From NCBI RefSeq assembly GCF_001194135.2, contig NC_068988.1, forward strand, positions 20,644,609 through 20,708,608: 64,000 nucleotides of DNA, given 5' to 3'. Source of the stretch: Octopus bimaculoides (taxonomy: Eukaryota). Made by a program: the position numbers and the translations under genes. Shown here one piece after another: positions 1 through 13,154 of the stretch (positions are counted from its first letter, which is position 1; each line of letters opens with the position of its first letter). The notes below the pieces were generated by a model, which saw only the letters and a list, made by a program, of their open reading frames with translations, ran no database searches and had not been told where the DNA came from.

Positions 1-151
1 TTTCAGTTTCTGTCTACCAAATCCACTCACAAGGCTTTGGCCAGCCCGAAGCTATAGTAGAAGACACTTGCCCAAGGTGCCACGCAGTGGGACTGAACCC
101 GGAACCATGTGGTTGGTAAGCAAGCTATTTACCACACAGCCACTCCTGTGC
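1..151 (-). mobile_element. SINE family B head, cut by the window edge
   Basis: Reverse complement of the gagtggctgtgtggtaag...ggttcagtccc tRNA-like head. Confidence 0.85.
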
Positions 152-1070
152 CTTGCTAACAATTTTGTTCACTTGCCGCCTTTAACTATTGATTACAGCT
201 GATTAAATAATTCCATAGAAGCTGCTTCGGTGAAATGTTGTTGTAAGCATAAAAACATATCTTCCTCACATATTGGATCTGGTTTCTATTTTAATAACAA
301 TTGTAATAATGATAATATTTAATTTTGGTCAATGGTCACATGTATCTGTAGGAAACGGTTGTAAGATTAATTGAACCGATCACTGTTCATCATTACCAGT
401 TATTATTTAATTGATTCTAAAAGGTAGAATGTCAAAGTCGACCTTACTGGGATTTGAACCCAGAATGGTAAGACATTATCAGGTCACTCACAAAAGCTAC
501 TGATAACCTTTAGTCTGGTATGATGCATAGCCAGGTTGCTAATGACCAAACGGGCACCTCTACTAAGTTAGCCTGGTGAGGTGGGTTGCTGGAAACTCAA
601 GACAAGAACAATACTTGTCAAAAGGATGGATGAAGCTAACAGAGGGCCATCACAGGGGATTAGAAATTTCAGGTTAATGCGTGGCATGCTTAGATGCAGA
701 GAAGACACGTATCTTGAGGGCAGAGCAACAGTAGTAAAAAGTTTCTATATGGAAATTTTTCACTTAATGAGCTTTTTGTTGATTCTATCTGGATTGTATG
801 AGTATGTGTATGTAGGTTGTACACCGTATCAAATGAGTGAGCATAAGAACTATGCAGATACCAATGAAGAAATTTGATCACTTTTATACTACAATTCGAA
901 TTAGGTAATTTTAACAAAGGAGAATGACATGAAAAATAGTATAGCAGTGTAGAAGTTGTAAGAAGATTTTGGGCAGCTTGTTAAGATTCCTGCCAAATAG
1001 ACAGAAATATTTGTACTTAGTTTTTCACTATAATATAGATATAAATAATACACTGCCTGATGTCTATTAT

Positions 1071-1448
1071 AGTTGGCACTCTGTCGGGTACGATGAGGGT
1101 TCCAGTTGATCCGATCAACAGAACAGCCTGCTCGTGAAATTAACGTGCAAGTGGCTGAGCACTCCACAGACACGTGTACCCTTAACGTAGTTCTCAGGGA
1201 TATTCAGTGTGACAGTGTGACAAGGCTGGCCTTTGAAATACAAGTACAACAGAAGCAGGAAGTAAGAGTGAGAGAAAGTTGTGGTGGAAGAGTACAGCAG
1301 GGTTCGCCACCATCCCCTGCCGGAGCCTCGTGGAGCTTTAGGTGTTTTTGCTCAATAAACACTCACAATGCCCAGTTTGGGAATCCAAACCACAATCCTA
1401 CGACCGCGGGTCCACTTCCCTAACCACTGGGCCATTGCGCCTCCACAA
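1071..1448 (-). mobile_element. tRNA-derived SINE family A, full length
   Basis: Head at the right end (A box TGGCCCAGTGG plus a degenerate B box). TSD gtctattat at 1062-1070 and 1449-1457. Confidence 0.88.
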
Positions 1449-1818
1449 GTCTATTATCACAGTGTTATAATATACCAGGAAAGGGTACACTCATGAGTCT
1501 TCTATTACCTTCACTATATATAAAGGCTAAGATTTTATCACAGTTGGGGATAAAAAAATTTCGTAACATGCATGGCTTTCTAAAAATGCTCATCAAACCC
1601 CTTTTCTTGTATAATGTATCCAACATTTCATTATCCAGTGCTGCCTTTATTTTGAGGGTGACTGAGTGGAAGTTGAGGGAGATTTGGTAGCTATTTATGG
1701 CAGGTCTAGTGACTAAGATAAGTAGGTTCCCCTTAGTTCATGAATAGAACAGCTGTATGTAGAGGACAGGTAACTAAGCAGACATAAGTCAAGACAATTG
1801 TGAGTAGAAGTGCAGGAA

Positions 1819-2020
1819 TTAGGACAAACAATACAGGGTGAGACAGTTTTGAGAAGAGGGGCAAGGGTTAGGACAAATAATACATGGTGGGACAGTTGTG
1901 AGAAGAGGGGCAATTGTTAGGACAAACAATACAAGGTGGGACAGTTGTCAGATGGGTAGGTGTTAGGACAAACAATACAGGGTGGGACAGTTGTGAGAAG
2001 AAGAGCAGGTGTTAAGACAC
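1819..2020. repeat. 49-bp minisatellite, about 4 copies
   Basis: ttaggacaaacaatacagggtgggacagttgtgagaagagggg... starts at 1819, 1868, 1917, 1963 and 2012. Confidence 0.9.
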
Positions 2021-2099
2021 AGAACAAGACTTTTGTGAGCAGAGGATACGTAACATACACACATGCACAAAAAAACAACAAATGAAGAATGAAAGATAA

Positions 2100-2973
2100 A
2101 AAAGATATAACAATAGTGAATTTTAAGGATTTCTTTATTTTTTTAAATAATTTTTTTTTATTTTTCTGTTCAATTCCCTTTTGTTTTCTTTGAAAATTCT
2201 ATTTAATTTCACCCCAATCTTCTATTTCATTCCCAGGAAGAAAAAATGTCTTTTGTTTTGTTTTTGTAGTTTTTTTTTTTTTAAATAGAATTTTAGTAAT
2301 TGTTTTCTTTTTTTTTTTAGAATTTTTATTTTATTAATTTAATTTCTTATCATCATTTTTCATTAATATTAGTATTATCATTAATGTTTGTTTATTTTTC
2401 TTTAATGTCTTTTTGCATTTCATTTCTAAATTTTTTTTTTTTTTGCTTTTTAATTTTCTTTTATTTTATTTATTTCTTTATTATAACATCTGAGATTTAT
2501 CAGTCAGATGGAAACTGGTGAAGTGTGGACACTTAAAACATCTTTATAAACAACCAGCAGTGTCAGAAAGGGTGACCACCAGGGTTGTCCTGTCTGTATG
2601 TTGCACATTACTTCAGCCAAGTGGGAAAGTGAAAAGGAGGAGGTGGAGACGGAGGAGCCATGGGCGCAGGGAGAGGGGGGTTTTCATTGTTCAGGTTCGG
2701 TTCATCTTAAAGAAGCTTCATTCTTCCTATCGTCGCATAGAGATACATACATATATACACACGTATATGTATATATAGACACAAACACACACGCATAAAT
2801 ATATATGTATGCATATGTAGAGATACATTTATATACATGGGTGTGCATATATATAAATATATACACTAATGTGTATTATATAATATATATAAATATACAT
2901 ATATGCACACAGATATATATATACACATAAGTATATAAACACATATACTCATAAATATATATAGACATATATG

Positions 2974-3049
<76 letters not shown>

Positions 3050-3286
3050 CATACATACACATAACATACATATATATAAATATATATAAACATATACATC
3101 CATAAATATATATAAATATATACATCCATAAATATATATAAATATATACATCTATAAATATATATAAATATATACATCCATAAATATATATAAATATCCA
3201 CACAAATATATATATAAATATACACACACTATATACATATACATACACATGTAAATATATGTGTGTGTGTATATATATATATATAC

Positions 3287-3320
<34 letters not shown>

Positions 3321-5033
3321 GGATATGTGTGTGCGTGTATATAAGCATGTGTGCATGAAACACCTGCCATTGTGTGGAAGGTGAGAAAGAAGAGAACATT
3401 TAGTTACAATTTGTATCAACAGGGTTCCTGGTTCTTTGTTCTCTTTAACTGGAACATCTTTTTTTCCATGTTTCAAAAAAAAAAAAAAAAAAAAAAGAAA
3501 TTTTTTAAATGCTGTTTTGTTTTAGTTTTCCTTTCATCTGAATTCATTTAATGAAGATTTTTTTTTTTTTTGTTGGATATTTTTTATTCATGTTAGGATT
3601 ATTATTATTTTTGATGGTGGTGCTTTCTGCCAATTTTATATTTTTTTTTTCACATTCTATTATTTATTTTTTTTTTTGTTTCTTTTTCCAGATATTATAA
3701 ATTATATTTAATTACTGATAGTTTGCATGGTGTAACATTAATGCAGAAATATTCAGCTTCCTGATTGTTGACTGCAGAATCCTACTTTGGTTGCATGTCA
3801 TTTACGCACACGCACATCCATACACACACACATGCACATAAATGCACTTACATACACGCAAAACCAACAGATAGGGCAGCCTTTGTAACACAGCGAAAAA
3901 GCTTAGTCAAGTCAACATTGGTGTAGAGGGATCAAACCCCCATAGGAAGGAAGGAAGGAAGAAATAAAAAAGGAGAGGGAAAGAGATTTGGAATTGAAAG
4001 GGGGGAGTTAAGTACTTCTTAGAATTTACATCAGAAAGTTAAGAGACAGAGAGAGTGGGGGAGAGACAGACAGGCAGAGAGAAAGAGACAGCAACAAAGA
4101 AAGAGAAGGGAGAAAGAGAGGGATCGCTCATTGGTAAATGCACAGCTAGGTCAAAAGTCAAAGGTGGTTCAGTTGTCCACAAGCTGCTCACCATTGGTCA
4201 AACATAGATTTCGTGAGTTGCATAGCAACAAACGAGGAAAGTTTTGCAATTTATAATGTTCGGCTAGAAGGAACTCTTGCTTGCCCCGTTCCTTGCAGAC
4301 AATGCAAACATCCTGTAAATGTTAGCACAAACTTCTGGAAGGCTCCTGTGTGGAGCTGAACCACACCAGGAACAGTAGGGAAACAAGATTCCAGTCCTTC
4401 ATATATATATATATATATATGTATGTATATATGTATGTATATGAAGAAAGAGAGTGAGAGAGAAGAAAGAGAGAATGAGAAGTGAGTGGGTGTGGAATAT
4501 GTCCAACAGAACCAGCAGATCAACGTCTGTGTTTGACTTGGACAGGACAGCTGCAACCAACTGTCCATGCAAAATGTCAAATGCTAATTGATCTGTTGTG
4601 CAACAACAGAAATGAAAATAGTTAATGCAGCAAATGAAGATTACAGATCAGGCTGAAAGGGGCTGCCTTGAAGTGAGTCTGGGGGCAGGGAGAAGAAAGA
4701 TAGCGAAAGAAGAAGTGAAAGGGAAAAAGAGAGACAATGAGAGAAAGTGAGCGAAAAGATAAAAATATGACAAAGTACGCATTTGTGGGTGAATGCACGA
4801 GTGTGTGTATGTGCGTGAGTGTGAAAGCGCGTGTACATATGTAAATATATATATATATATATAGATGTATGTATATGTATGTATTTGTGTGTGTTTGTTC
4901 ATTCACAGATGTATATGTTGATGGGGGTGAGAATAGGAAAAAAAAAAGCAATTTTTCAGCGAGTCCATCCATCTGCTGTCTGTTCTTCTGTCTTGTAACC
5001 ATAACCCAAATTCTCTGTTTTCTAGTTTGCTGC
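2100..5033 (-). other. Putative Abl 3' UTR; extent uncertain
   Basis: Follows the stop codon. Minus-strand AATAAA candidates at 3663-3668, 3583-3588 and 2134-2139, among others. No transcript data available. Confidence 0.4.
3095..3215. repeat. 26-bp AT-rich minisatellite, about 4.5 copies, inside a (TA)/(CA) field
   Basis: tacatccataaatatatataaatata at 3095, 3121, 3147 and 3173. Confidence 0.85.
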
Positions 5034-7285
5034 TCATCGCTGAATGACTTGCAGGATTTCTTTATTTGTCGACTGAATTTCATTCAACAAGCTGGAGCTG
5101 CTGCTGGTCAGACAGCTTCCTGACAACGTCTTCAACTTTTGTAACTCCAGATGCAACCGATTCAACAATTCTCGTCCCTGGAACTTGCTGTGAGGTGGTA
5201 AGGAATCAATGAACTGGGAACACATTTCGTGATATGTTTGCACCTGTTTCGATAAGTCCATGAACTCACCTGAGCTCTTTGAGCTACTTGTTGCCAAGGA
5301 ATCAATGCGTCCTCCGAGCCGGCTCGATGCCTCTATGATTGAATCCTTCGTGACAGGTGTTTCAGATTTGGAGTTATCATCAAGAGATTGATTGTTTTGT
5401 GAATTTTTGCTGTCGGACGTATCGTTATCAATGTGGCGGTGACTCAGAGCGGCTGATCGGAAGTTAGAAAACAGAGTTTTAGGTGGAGGCTCATCTCTCT
5501 GGTTACCTGGTGGAGGTTTGTGAGCAATGCCAGGTGTCAAGTGCCCGGCAGTAAAGTCAGAATTAGAGCTAAACCGATCAGTGGACTGATCTGATTTGGA
5601 TCTGTCTATATCTCGCCCGGTGGGTTTCAGGGATGCCACCTCACTGCTGGGGGGCAGAGACGGTAGCTTCACTTTGGAGGCCATTTTGGACAAGACAGCA
5701 GGTGGTACATTGTTGTCGTTAACTTCTTTTGACAGCCTACAGCCGTCATCAGTATCAGCTAACGACACTCGTGCACGGATGGGTGGTCTGGGAGGAGGTG
5801 AACGGACATCACTTTTGGATCTCTCCACAACTGAGTCAGGACTGCTCACTAATGTCGATTCAGTACTCGTGGGACTAGAGTCATTGACGTGGGCCAAACC
5901 GGGGGGCCTTGAGGGGAATGGTTGGCCTACTTTATGGAAGCTACGTAGTTCAGATGTCCCTTCATCAGGAGATTTTAAAGGTTTGTGCTGGAACTTTTTG
6001 TTTTCTTTTAACTCTTCTTTCTTGTTATCTTCAAACACATGAGAAAATCGAGGGCTTATTCTTGACTTGCTTAATTCCGATATATCATCAGATTTTGATC
6101 CTCCAGGAGAAATACTTGAAAGCATTCCATTGTCAGGTTTTGAAGGAGAAAAGTCGGGTTTGCTTCCTTGTACTTTACCATGAGTAAGGTCAGATTTTTG
6201 ACGCTGAAGTAATCCTGTAAACGAAGATTTTGGGTTATCAACAAGCATTTGAGAAGACTGAGATTTAACAACTGCAGAAGGCTTTAAATTATGCTCCTGT
6301 TTAATACCAATATTGTTGCTTTCTTCATCTTTACCACTATCTCCGGGTGTGTCAGCAGTCGGCGGTAATGGGGGACAGGAAGTCACACTGGCCGTATCAG
6401 TACCAGAATCAACATCATCAATGCTAGATTCACGTTGGTCAGTATGGTTTGGTTCATCTTCCATTGACCTAAAATATGCTCCAATCCTCACCCCCTTTGG
6501 AATAGTCCCGTAACGGCTAATTGTCTTCACATTATCCGTATCTAATTTGCCGACATTGACAAAATTTTCTTGATCCACAGTTTCTTCAGAGTCTTGATTA
6601 TCTGTCAGTGGCTTGCCCTTCTTAAAACTGGACGACCTATGGGGTAGAGAAAGGGCAACCTTTGGGTACACACCACCATGTCCCGCTGCAGCTTCCATGC
6701 TTTCTTCGCTAGTGCTCGTCTCTTTGTCAATCTTGGGACGCTCGGGTCGGATTTCTGCTGGAATCACATGGTTTAGATGTCCAGGTGGTGGTCTGGGGTT
6801 TTTATTTCCTAAATCTGAGATTATGTATTTTGATTTATCGATATGGGAACCTTTGAAACTTTCCGTCATTTGGCGAGGAAAGTTATCGTCGGCATCCTTA
6901 CTTCCCTGGTACTTATCATTGTCATGGCGTCGGAAGGATTTCGGTGAGCTACCCTTCAATGACAAATGTTTAGTTTTGGTAAACCTATTGTTGCCAATGT
7001 AATTATCTGGATGGCTCAGTTCTAAAGTGACCTGAGGCTCAGTTGAGTCTTCGTGAAGGGTTGAGGCCTCAATTTTGGCCTTTTGCTGCTTGATTTTGTT
7101 CTTCAGCTCAAACTCCATTTCTGACGCTGTGTCCACAGGTGGACCGCGAAATGAAGTTGTTCGCTGAGGAGGAACTGGTGCAGGGCTCTTTTTCCTTGAT
7201 GACTTCCTTTGTAGTATCTCCATCTGCCGTTTGTCACAGTCATCAAGGGGTGGAAGAACACGTCGACCAGCTGGAGGGGTAGCAC
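5034..7285 (-). CDS. Abl: Abl terminal exon: disordered tail plus C-terminal F-actin-binding domain, ending EILQVIQR-stop
   Basis: 2252 nt open frame; acceptor ttgttgttgtttCAG, phase 1, TGA at 5036-5034. Contains a basic + PxxP cluster RKSSRKKSPAPVPPQRTTSFR (compare vertebrate KKKKKTAPTPPKRSSSFR) and a C-terminal helical FABD-like segment (IDSLPPHSKFQGRELLNRL...KEILQVIQR). Confidence 0.95.
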
Positions 7286-8214
7286 CTGAAACAACAACAA
7301 CAATAATAAATAATAATGATGACGATGATGATGATTTAAAGAATTTATTTGGTAACAACATGCACTTCCACAAAACTACAAAGTTATAGGCAAAGATACA
7401 AATTTATAGAGAAGGATATAACTATTTGACTTGGATCCCAGTGTATTACTGGTACTTATATTACCAGAGGTAAAAGCTCACTTCGTCTTGATTTTCAGTA
7501 TGAATACGGACAGTGGCAAGGATTGAGGGCCATGCTTTCGCAGCCCTTATTCACATTAAAACTCGAAACCAAGTGAGTTTTTGTCCTTTTGGTGTGTGAG
7601 TATTTTGAAAATGCTTCATAGAGCGATGACTGTGCCCTGCATAGTTATGGGTTGCCCTTTGGCAAGGCATAGCACCTTTTCAGACACCCAGGGGTAGAGC
7701 AAAGTCACGGAGCTGCAGTACTGCAGATTGTGGTGAAGAGGCAGTGGAAGAGCTCAAACTGATCTAACGGTGCTTCTACATTGATGCTGAGTGGAAGAAT
7801 CCTAGAAGATCAATGGTCAGAATCACCAAACGTTATCAAGAGAGAAACTGCAATGCATCCATAGGGGGGGGGGCATCTATGGATGTGCAATCAGCTAATG
7901 AAAGATTCATTGTGACTCAAGCTTTTAATTCAAATTCATGATAGAATTGGACAGAGTCATGTGAATCCATGCAAAAGTAGTCGTGTGATATCCAGTTCTA
8001 TCTCACTGCATGTTACTCTGGGCAAGTGTCATTCTACAATAGCCTCAGGTCAATCAATGCCTTGAGAGTAAAATTCATAGACAGAAATGATACAAGGGCC
8101 TGCTGTGAGTGTGTACACACACAGACAGTAATATACAACAAGCCATTTACAGTTTCTTATTTCTTTATTTCCCACGAGGGGCTAAACATAGAAGGGAAAA
8201 ACAAGGACAGACAA

Positions 8215-8385
8215 AGGGATTAAGTCAATTACATTGACCCCAGTGCGTAACTGGTACTTAATTTATCGACCCTGAAAGGATGAAAGGCAAAGTCGACCTC
8301 GGTAGAATTTGAACTCGGAATGTAATGGCCGACGAAATACCGCTAAGCATTTCGTCTGGCGTGCTAACGTTTATGCCAGCTCCCT
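8215..8385 (-). mobile_element. SINE family C
   Basis: Reverse complement of the family C unit. Confidence 0.8.
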
Positions 8386-9694
8386 GCTATATACAACAAG
8401 CTATTTACAGTTTCTGCCTACCAAATCCACTCACAAGGCTTTGGTCAGTTCGGGGCTATAGCATAAGAAACTTGCTGTGTGTTTGTGTATGTGTGTGCAC
8501 GCGCATATATGTATGCATACATATGCGTTTCTCCGTGTATAAGTTTATATTACGTGCCCTCATAGGAAGAGCACTGAGCAAAAATGCAGTGACATTTGTT
8601 AATATTCCTTGGTAACAAATTGTCCTTAAGTTCTGAACTTTGGAAGACTAGTGAAATAAAAATAAATAAATAAAATCTACTATTTGAAAAACCAGTAAAA
8701 GCTGGTGACAAGAAGGCCATTTTGCTATAAAAACAATGCCTCCAGTGTATTAATTTAACTCATACTAGCATGGAAAAATGGAGGCAAAAATTAACAAACA
8801 TATTCAAATAGCATTAGACATTAGGTTTTTGTCAGCATGTGTTCACGAATTTCCTTATTCTAACTGTTTTCCATTATGTTACATTGTTTAGTATTTAATT
8901 TAATTTGCTTTGTTTAAGTTCATTGATTTTTAAGTTCAAATGGTCAATGAAAATATTCAGTTAATTGAAGTGGTCCGTGATAAGCAACAAGATACGAGCT
9001 GCTATGCAAGTAAGAGTTATGTCCCCTACCTAACTCTTGTGAGTTTGAAAATTAATTTTTCTTTGGCAAATATAATGAAAACGCTAGAGTTTATTAGAAT
9101 TGTATGGTTAGATTTTGCATTATTGTGTCTAATACGTTATTTACCAGGGCCCTACACTCAGTATTTTTGGTAATAATTATTTACATTAAGTCATATATGT
9201 AATGTGTAAGGATCCTTTTGTTCAGCCCCTAAGTTAGACCTGACTGAGATCTTTAATCAAAGATATTCCCTTTGTGACAATTTGGTCTTTTGCACAGCTT
9301 AATTATCTGTTTTTTTGTGAAGACAGTAAGGTATAATTTGAGGGAGATATGGCTGCTATTTCTAGCAAATTGAGCAACAGTCTAGAGGCTTCCTTATTGG
9401 TTTATGTGCTTTATTAGTAACAGTTTATATTCAGTGGAAATCACAAGTGATCTGTGACACACGTTCCATCTTAGGCTGGGTAGGATTAGAGACCACAGGG
9501 AAAACATCAAAAGTGACTGAATTAGAATGGCTCATAGATGTAGAGATATTAATGCCAGATTTGTTCTACGAGATTTACTGTTGTTGACTCTGATTACCAC
9601 AGTGAGAGGTTAATTACAACTGGTGTGACATCAATGGGGAAAGAGAGAAATTACACAAATAAAAGGAAGGTACAATTATTGTGGTAATATTTAC

Positions 9695-9814
9695 CTGTAT
9701 TAGTTCGACTTTCAACTCCTAGATGTTCACAACTATCAAGACTTTGAGCACGTGCTTTTTTAGAAGGCAAGCCAGGAGTTCGGCGCTTTTCACTTTCTAA
9801 TTCTTTTTCAACCT
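9695..9814 (-). CDS. Abl: Abl exon: post-kinase linker (E-VEKELESEKRRTPGLPSKKARAQSLDSCEHLGVESRTNT-G)
   Basis: 120 nt; acceptor atctttctttCAG, donor GTAAAT; phase 1 to 1. Continues the Abl SISEEVEKEL motif and a P.LP.K motif. Confidence 0.9.
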
Positions 9815-10439
9815 CTGAAAGAAAGATTGGCATAATAGTTAAACGTAATAAAATTTAGTAAATCCACTAAAAGCAAATGCAGAATTCTAGAAACAATAAA
9901 TCAGAAATCACCAAAGAGTAAAGGGTAACATAATGTGAGAAAACCATTCTTAAGTTTTCTGCATTTGTTTAACCAGTTTGTTGCTATATTTCTGATGAAT
10001 TATACTGCATACAATTTTGAATAAATTTTGAAAAAATAATCAAGAATTTGGAACATAAAATATTCTTACAAAATTATGGACAATTTAAATATCATTGTTT
10101 AAGTATCAACAATGTATCATTAATTTAATTAACGTCATTATTGTCCCACCCATGCTAGCATGGAAGGTGGATGTTAACGATGATGAAACAGAAAATTTTC
10201 TATGCTAGAATTAGAAGCAATCTCAGGGGAATGGGTATCAAAATGGTTCAAATTGTTTCACATATATTTTATGATCCTAGCCAGAATAAGATACAAAATT
10301 TGATAGTCCAAAGGGTACAACACAAAGTTTATAGCATTGCTTCAATGGAAATCTCATGGTTAACAGTCAAGTAATTTAATTCCACAATGGTCAGGTCAAT
10401 TTCAAATATCTATAGGGGACATTCATACTATTGCAGATT

Positions 10440-10825
10440 GTTGTTTTGTTGGCACTCCATCGCTTACGACGTCGAGGGTTCCAGTCGATCCGATCAACGG
10501 CACAGCTTGCTTGTGAAATTAACGTGCAAGTGGCTGAGCACTCCACAGACACGTGTACCCTTAACGTAGTTCTCGGGGATATTCAGTGTGACACAGTGTG
10601 ACAAGGCTGGCCCTTTGAATTACAGGCACAACAGAAACAGGAAGTAAGAGTGAGAGAAAGTTGTGGTGCAAGAGTACAGCAGGGTTCGCCACCATCCCTT
10701 GCCGGAGCCTCGTGGAGCTTTAGGTGTTTTCGCTCAATAAACACTCACCACGCCCGGTCTGGAAATCGAAACCGCGATCCTATGACCGCGAGTTGCTGCC
10801 CTAACCACTGGGCCATTGCGCCTCC
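10440..10825 (-). mobile_element. SINE family A, full length
   Basis: 13-bp TSD actattgcagatt at 10427-10439 and 10826-10838; (CAA)n-type tail. Confidence 0.92.
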
Positions 10826-11766
10826 ACTATTGCAGATTACTAGAGCAAAAACAGCTGTGAACAACAACCAGGACAAACTTTTGTCAGCAATTTAAAAAGG
10901 TGCAGACATGACTGTGTGCAACTACTTTGTTTCGAATTCAAATTCAATCCCACTGCATAACCCCTTAGGCAAGTCTCTTGTATTGTAATCTTGGGGCAAT
11001 CAAAGCTTTGGGAATGAAATTTGTAAAGAGACAATGTGATTATGGGTACTGAATTTATTTGATAGCCTATCTGACTCATGGAGGCCTTTAGTAGATACCA
11101 CTTTGTTGTAAGCATCTGGGTAAGTCTCTGGTTTGAAGATAAATTCCTCCCTTCCTCTCCACAATTCCTAGAGACCCCGAAGAGAACCACATGCACTGTC
11201 TTCTTCTGATTAAGACATTATATCAATATAATTGTTTTAATTTAGGTACAAAGTTTGTGATTTTGAGAGGATGGATTAGTTGATGATATCAACCCCTGAA
11301 TTCAACTGGTGCTTTATTTTATCAACCTTGATGAGGGTGAAGGGTAATATTAACTCCAGTAAGGTGAAAAATATAGCATTCTGAGTTATAATAAACAGGC
11401 AGAAACAGTGCTGTGTTCTAAGACAAGGCACATTACTCATTTCAAGCTGCTAATGAGACAAACACATGTTACCCTCACTTTCTCGCTGAATGCCAATCAG
11501 AAGGAAGAAGTATCTAATTGTAATAAAATAGCACTTTTGTAACTAACGAGATTTGAAAATTTGAAATCAGATTTTGTGATGTTCATGCCTTTACCAATAG
11601 AATTAATAATGAAACTGAAGTAAACCTAACTAACTAGGAATTGGAACTAGGTTACCAACACAGTCCATCGAGAAGCTAGATACAGAATGACACCTGCCAC
11701 AAAACCTGATAAAGCCAACAAACTACAAGAAAAGCATTTGGAGAGTTTTTTAGAGTTGAGACCAAC

Positions 11767-11856
11767 CTTCACTAATACTGGATTTTTCAAACATATTTTC
11801 TAAAGCATTGTGGATGTCTTTAAATGTAGGCCTTTCTTTGGCTTCCCACTGCCAGC
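11767..11856 (-). CDS. Abl: Abl exon: end of kinase domain (WQWEAKERPTFKDIHNALENMFEKSSISE)
   Basis: 90 nt; acceptor ttttcttttgCAG, donor GTTGGT; phase 1 to 1. Read by hand; matches Abl CWQW...RP.F..IH...MF...SIS.E. Confidence 0.95.
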
Positions 11857-13154
11857 CTGCAAAAGAAAAAAAGCAGAGAAAAATATTGAAGAAAAATATA
11901 GTTGAGGTTGAGTACTTTGTAAACGTTTTTCAAAAGCAGATCAATATTTCATTAATAACTCGAAACAACAATTCATTAATTATTTCAAAATAAAACTTTG
12001 TTAATATCTAAAAGTACTTACAAATATCTAGGCCAAAATCTTTTGTTTACATTTTACTTCATACATTTTCACTTTAAATAACAGACAGTCGAATTTATTC
12101 AGTCGGTTCATAAATCCACTTAATCCCTTTGTGATAATATTTTACCATTCAGGTGTTTCAGCTATTATTTTTTGAACCATCAAGAATTTGCAAAGAGTTT
12201 AGAAAAATATCTTAACTTCTCTATTATTAAGCTGGCATTTGGAACATAACAAAAGGTTCTTACATAAAAATTACAATAGAAGGTTTAGATTCCAATATAA
12301 ACTCTTCAAAACAGATGGTTTTGTATCATAGAAGCAGAAGTGGTTTCTATTATAGAAGTAAAAGTTAACATCAAAAGATTTAGTTCATAATGTATTTTTA
12401 CCCCACTGTTCTATATAAATGGTTCCAAAATCATATAAATGGGATAGTGTATGGGGGGGGGAGGTTTTCTCAAATGCCTGTATTGTTGCGGCAACTGAAT
12501 TTTAGAGTGAGTTTGGACTACTACTACTACTACTACTACTACTACCACTACTACTAACCATGCAACAGTGGCATGTACGGATTGTGTGTCATCCAAATAA
12601 ACTAAGTCAAGTAGACGTAGGAGCTTCACCCTGGGGCACAATACTTTGGTTGCTTCAACACGAGTGTTGCAATCAGTAATCAAGCACTTTAATGTCACAA
12701 TCATCAATATCATGGATAAATGGATGGCAAAAACCAACAAAAGAAAAAGATGAGCTAATGGGAGAAAAAAAAAACTTTACCAGTTGCTTGAACTGCAAGA
12801 AATAGCAAATATCCCTTAAATTTGTTACCTTAAAAACTAAAGGATTTATTGAACATTGTACTCCTGGCCCAGGGTTAAACAACAACAAAAAATAGCAAAA
12901 CTATACAATTAAACTGACAACACTGAATCTGTAATTTGGAGTTCCAAAAATTTCCAAAGACCAAATAACTTTTCATTGAGGCTTTAGTAGGACAGTAGCA
13001 ACTAGCTAGCTCTATGAACCAGGCAGTTCCCTTATCTTATGCTGGTTAGATTTCAATAGTCAACTTCCTTTTCTTACTCACATCTGAAAGTCTGGGAGAC
13101 AGCTGAGACAACCAGAGGGAATATGACACTGTCAACTAAGACTGTAGTTCCTCA

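Noticed and set aside
5596-7002. Plus-strand ORFs of 148, 92, 66 and 129 aa
   Set aside because: They are antisense shadows of the long Abl exon with no recognisable domains.
7286-7373. N-terminal extension of the 779-aa ORF (MLLPNKFFKSSSSSSLLFIIVVVV), suggesting a kinase-less isoform with a hydrophobic leader
   Set aside because: It is the translation of (TCA)/(TTA)/(TTG) microsatellites forming the intron's pyrimidine tract. A canonical CAG acceptor in the correct phase lies at 7288-7286, and there is no promoter evidence.
7500-7900. GC-richer block upstream of the last exon as a possible alternative exon
   Set aside because: The best acceptor (ttgatcttctAG) meets a stop within 9 codons in the required phase, and the other frames I read also close.
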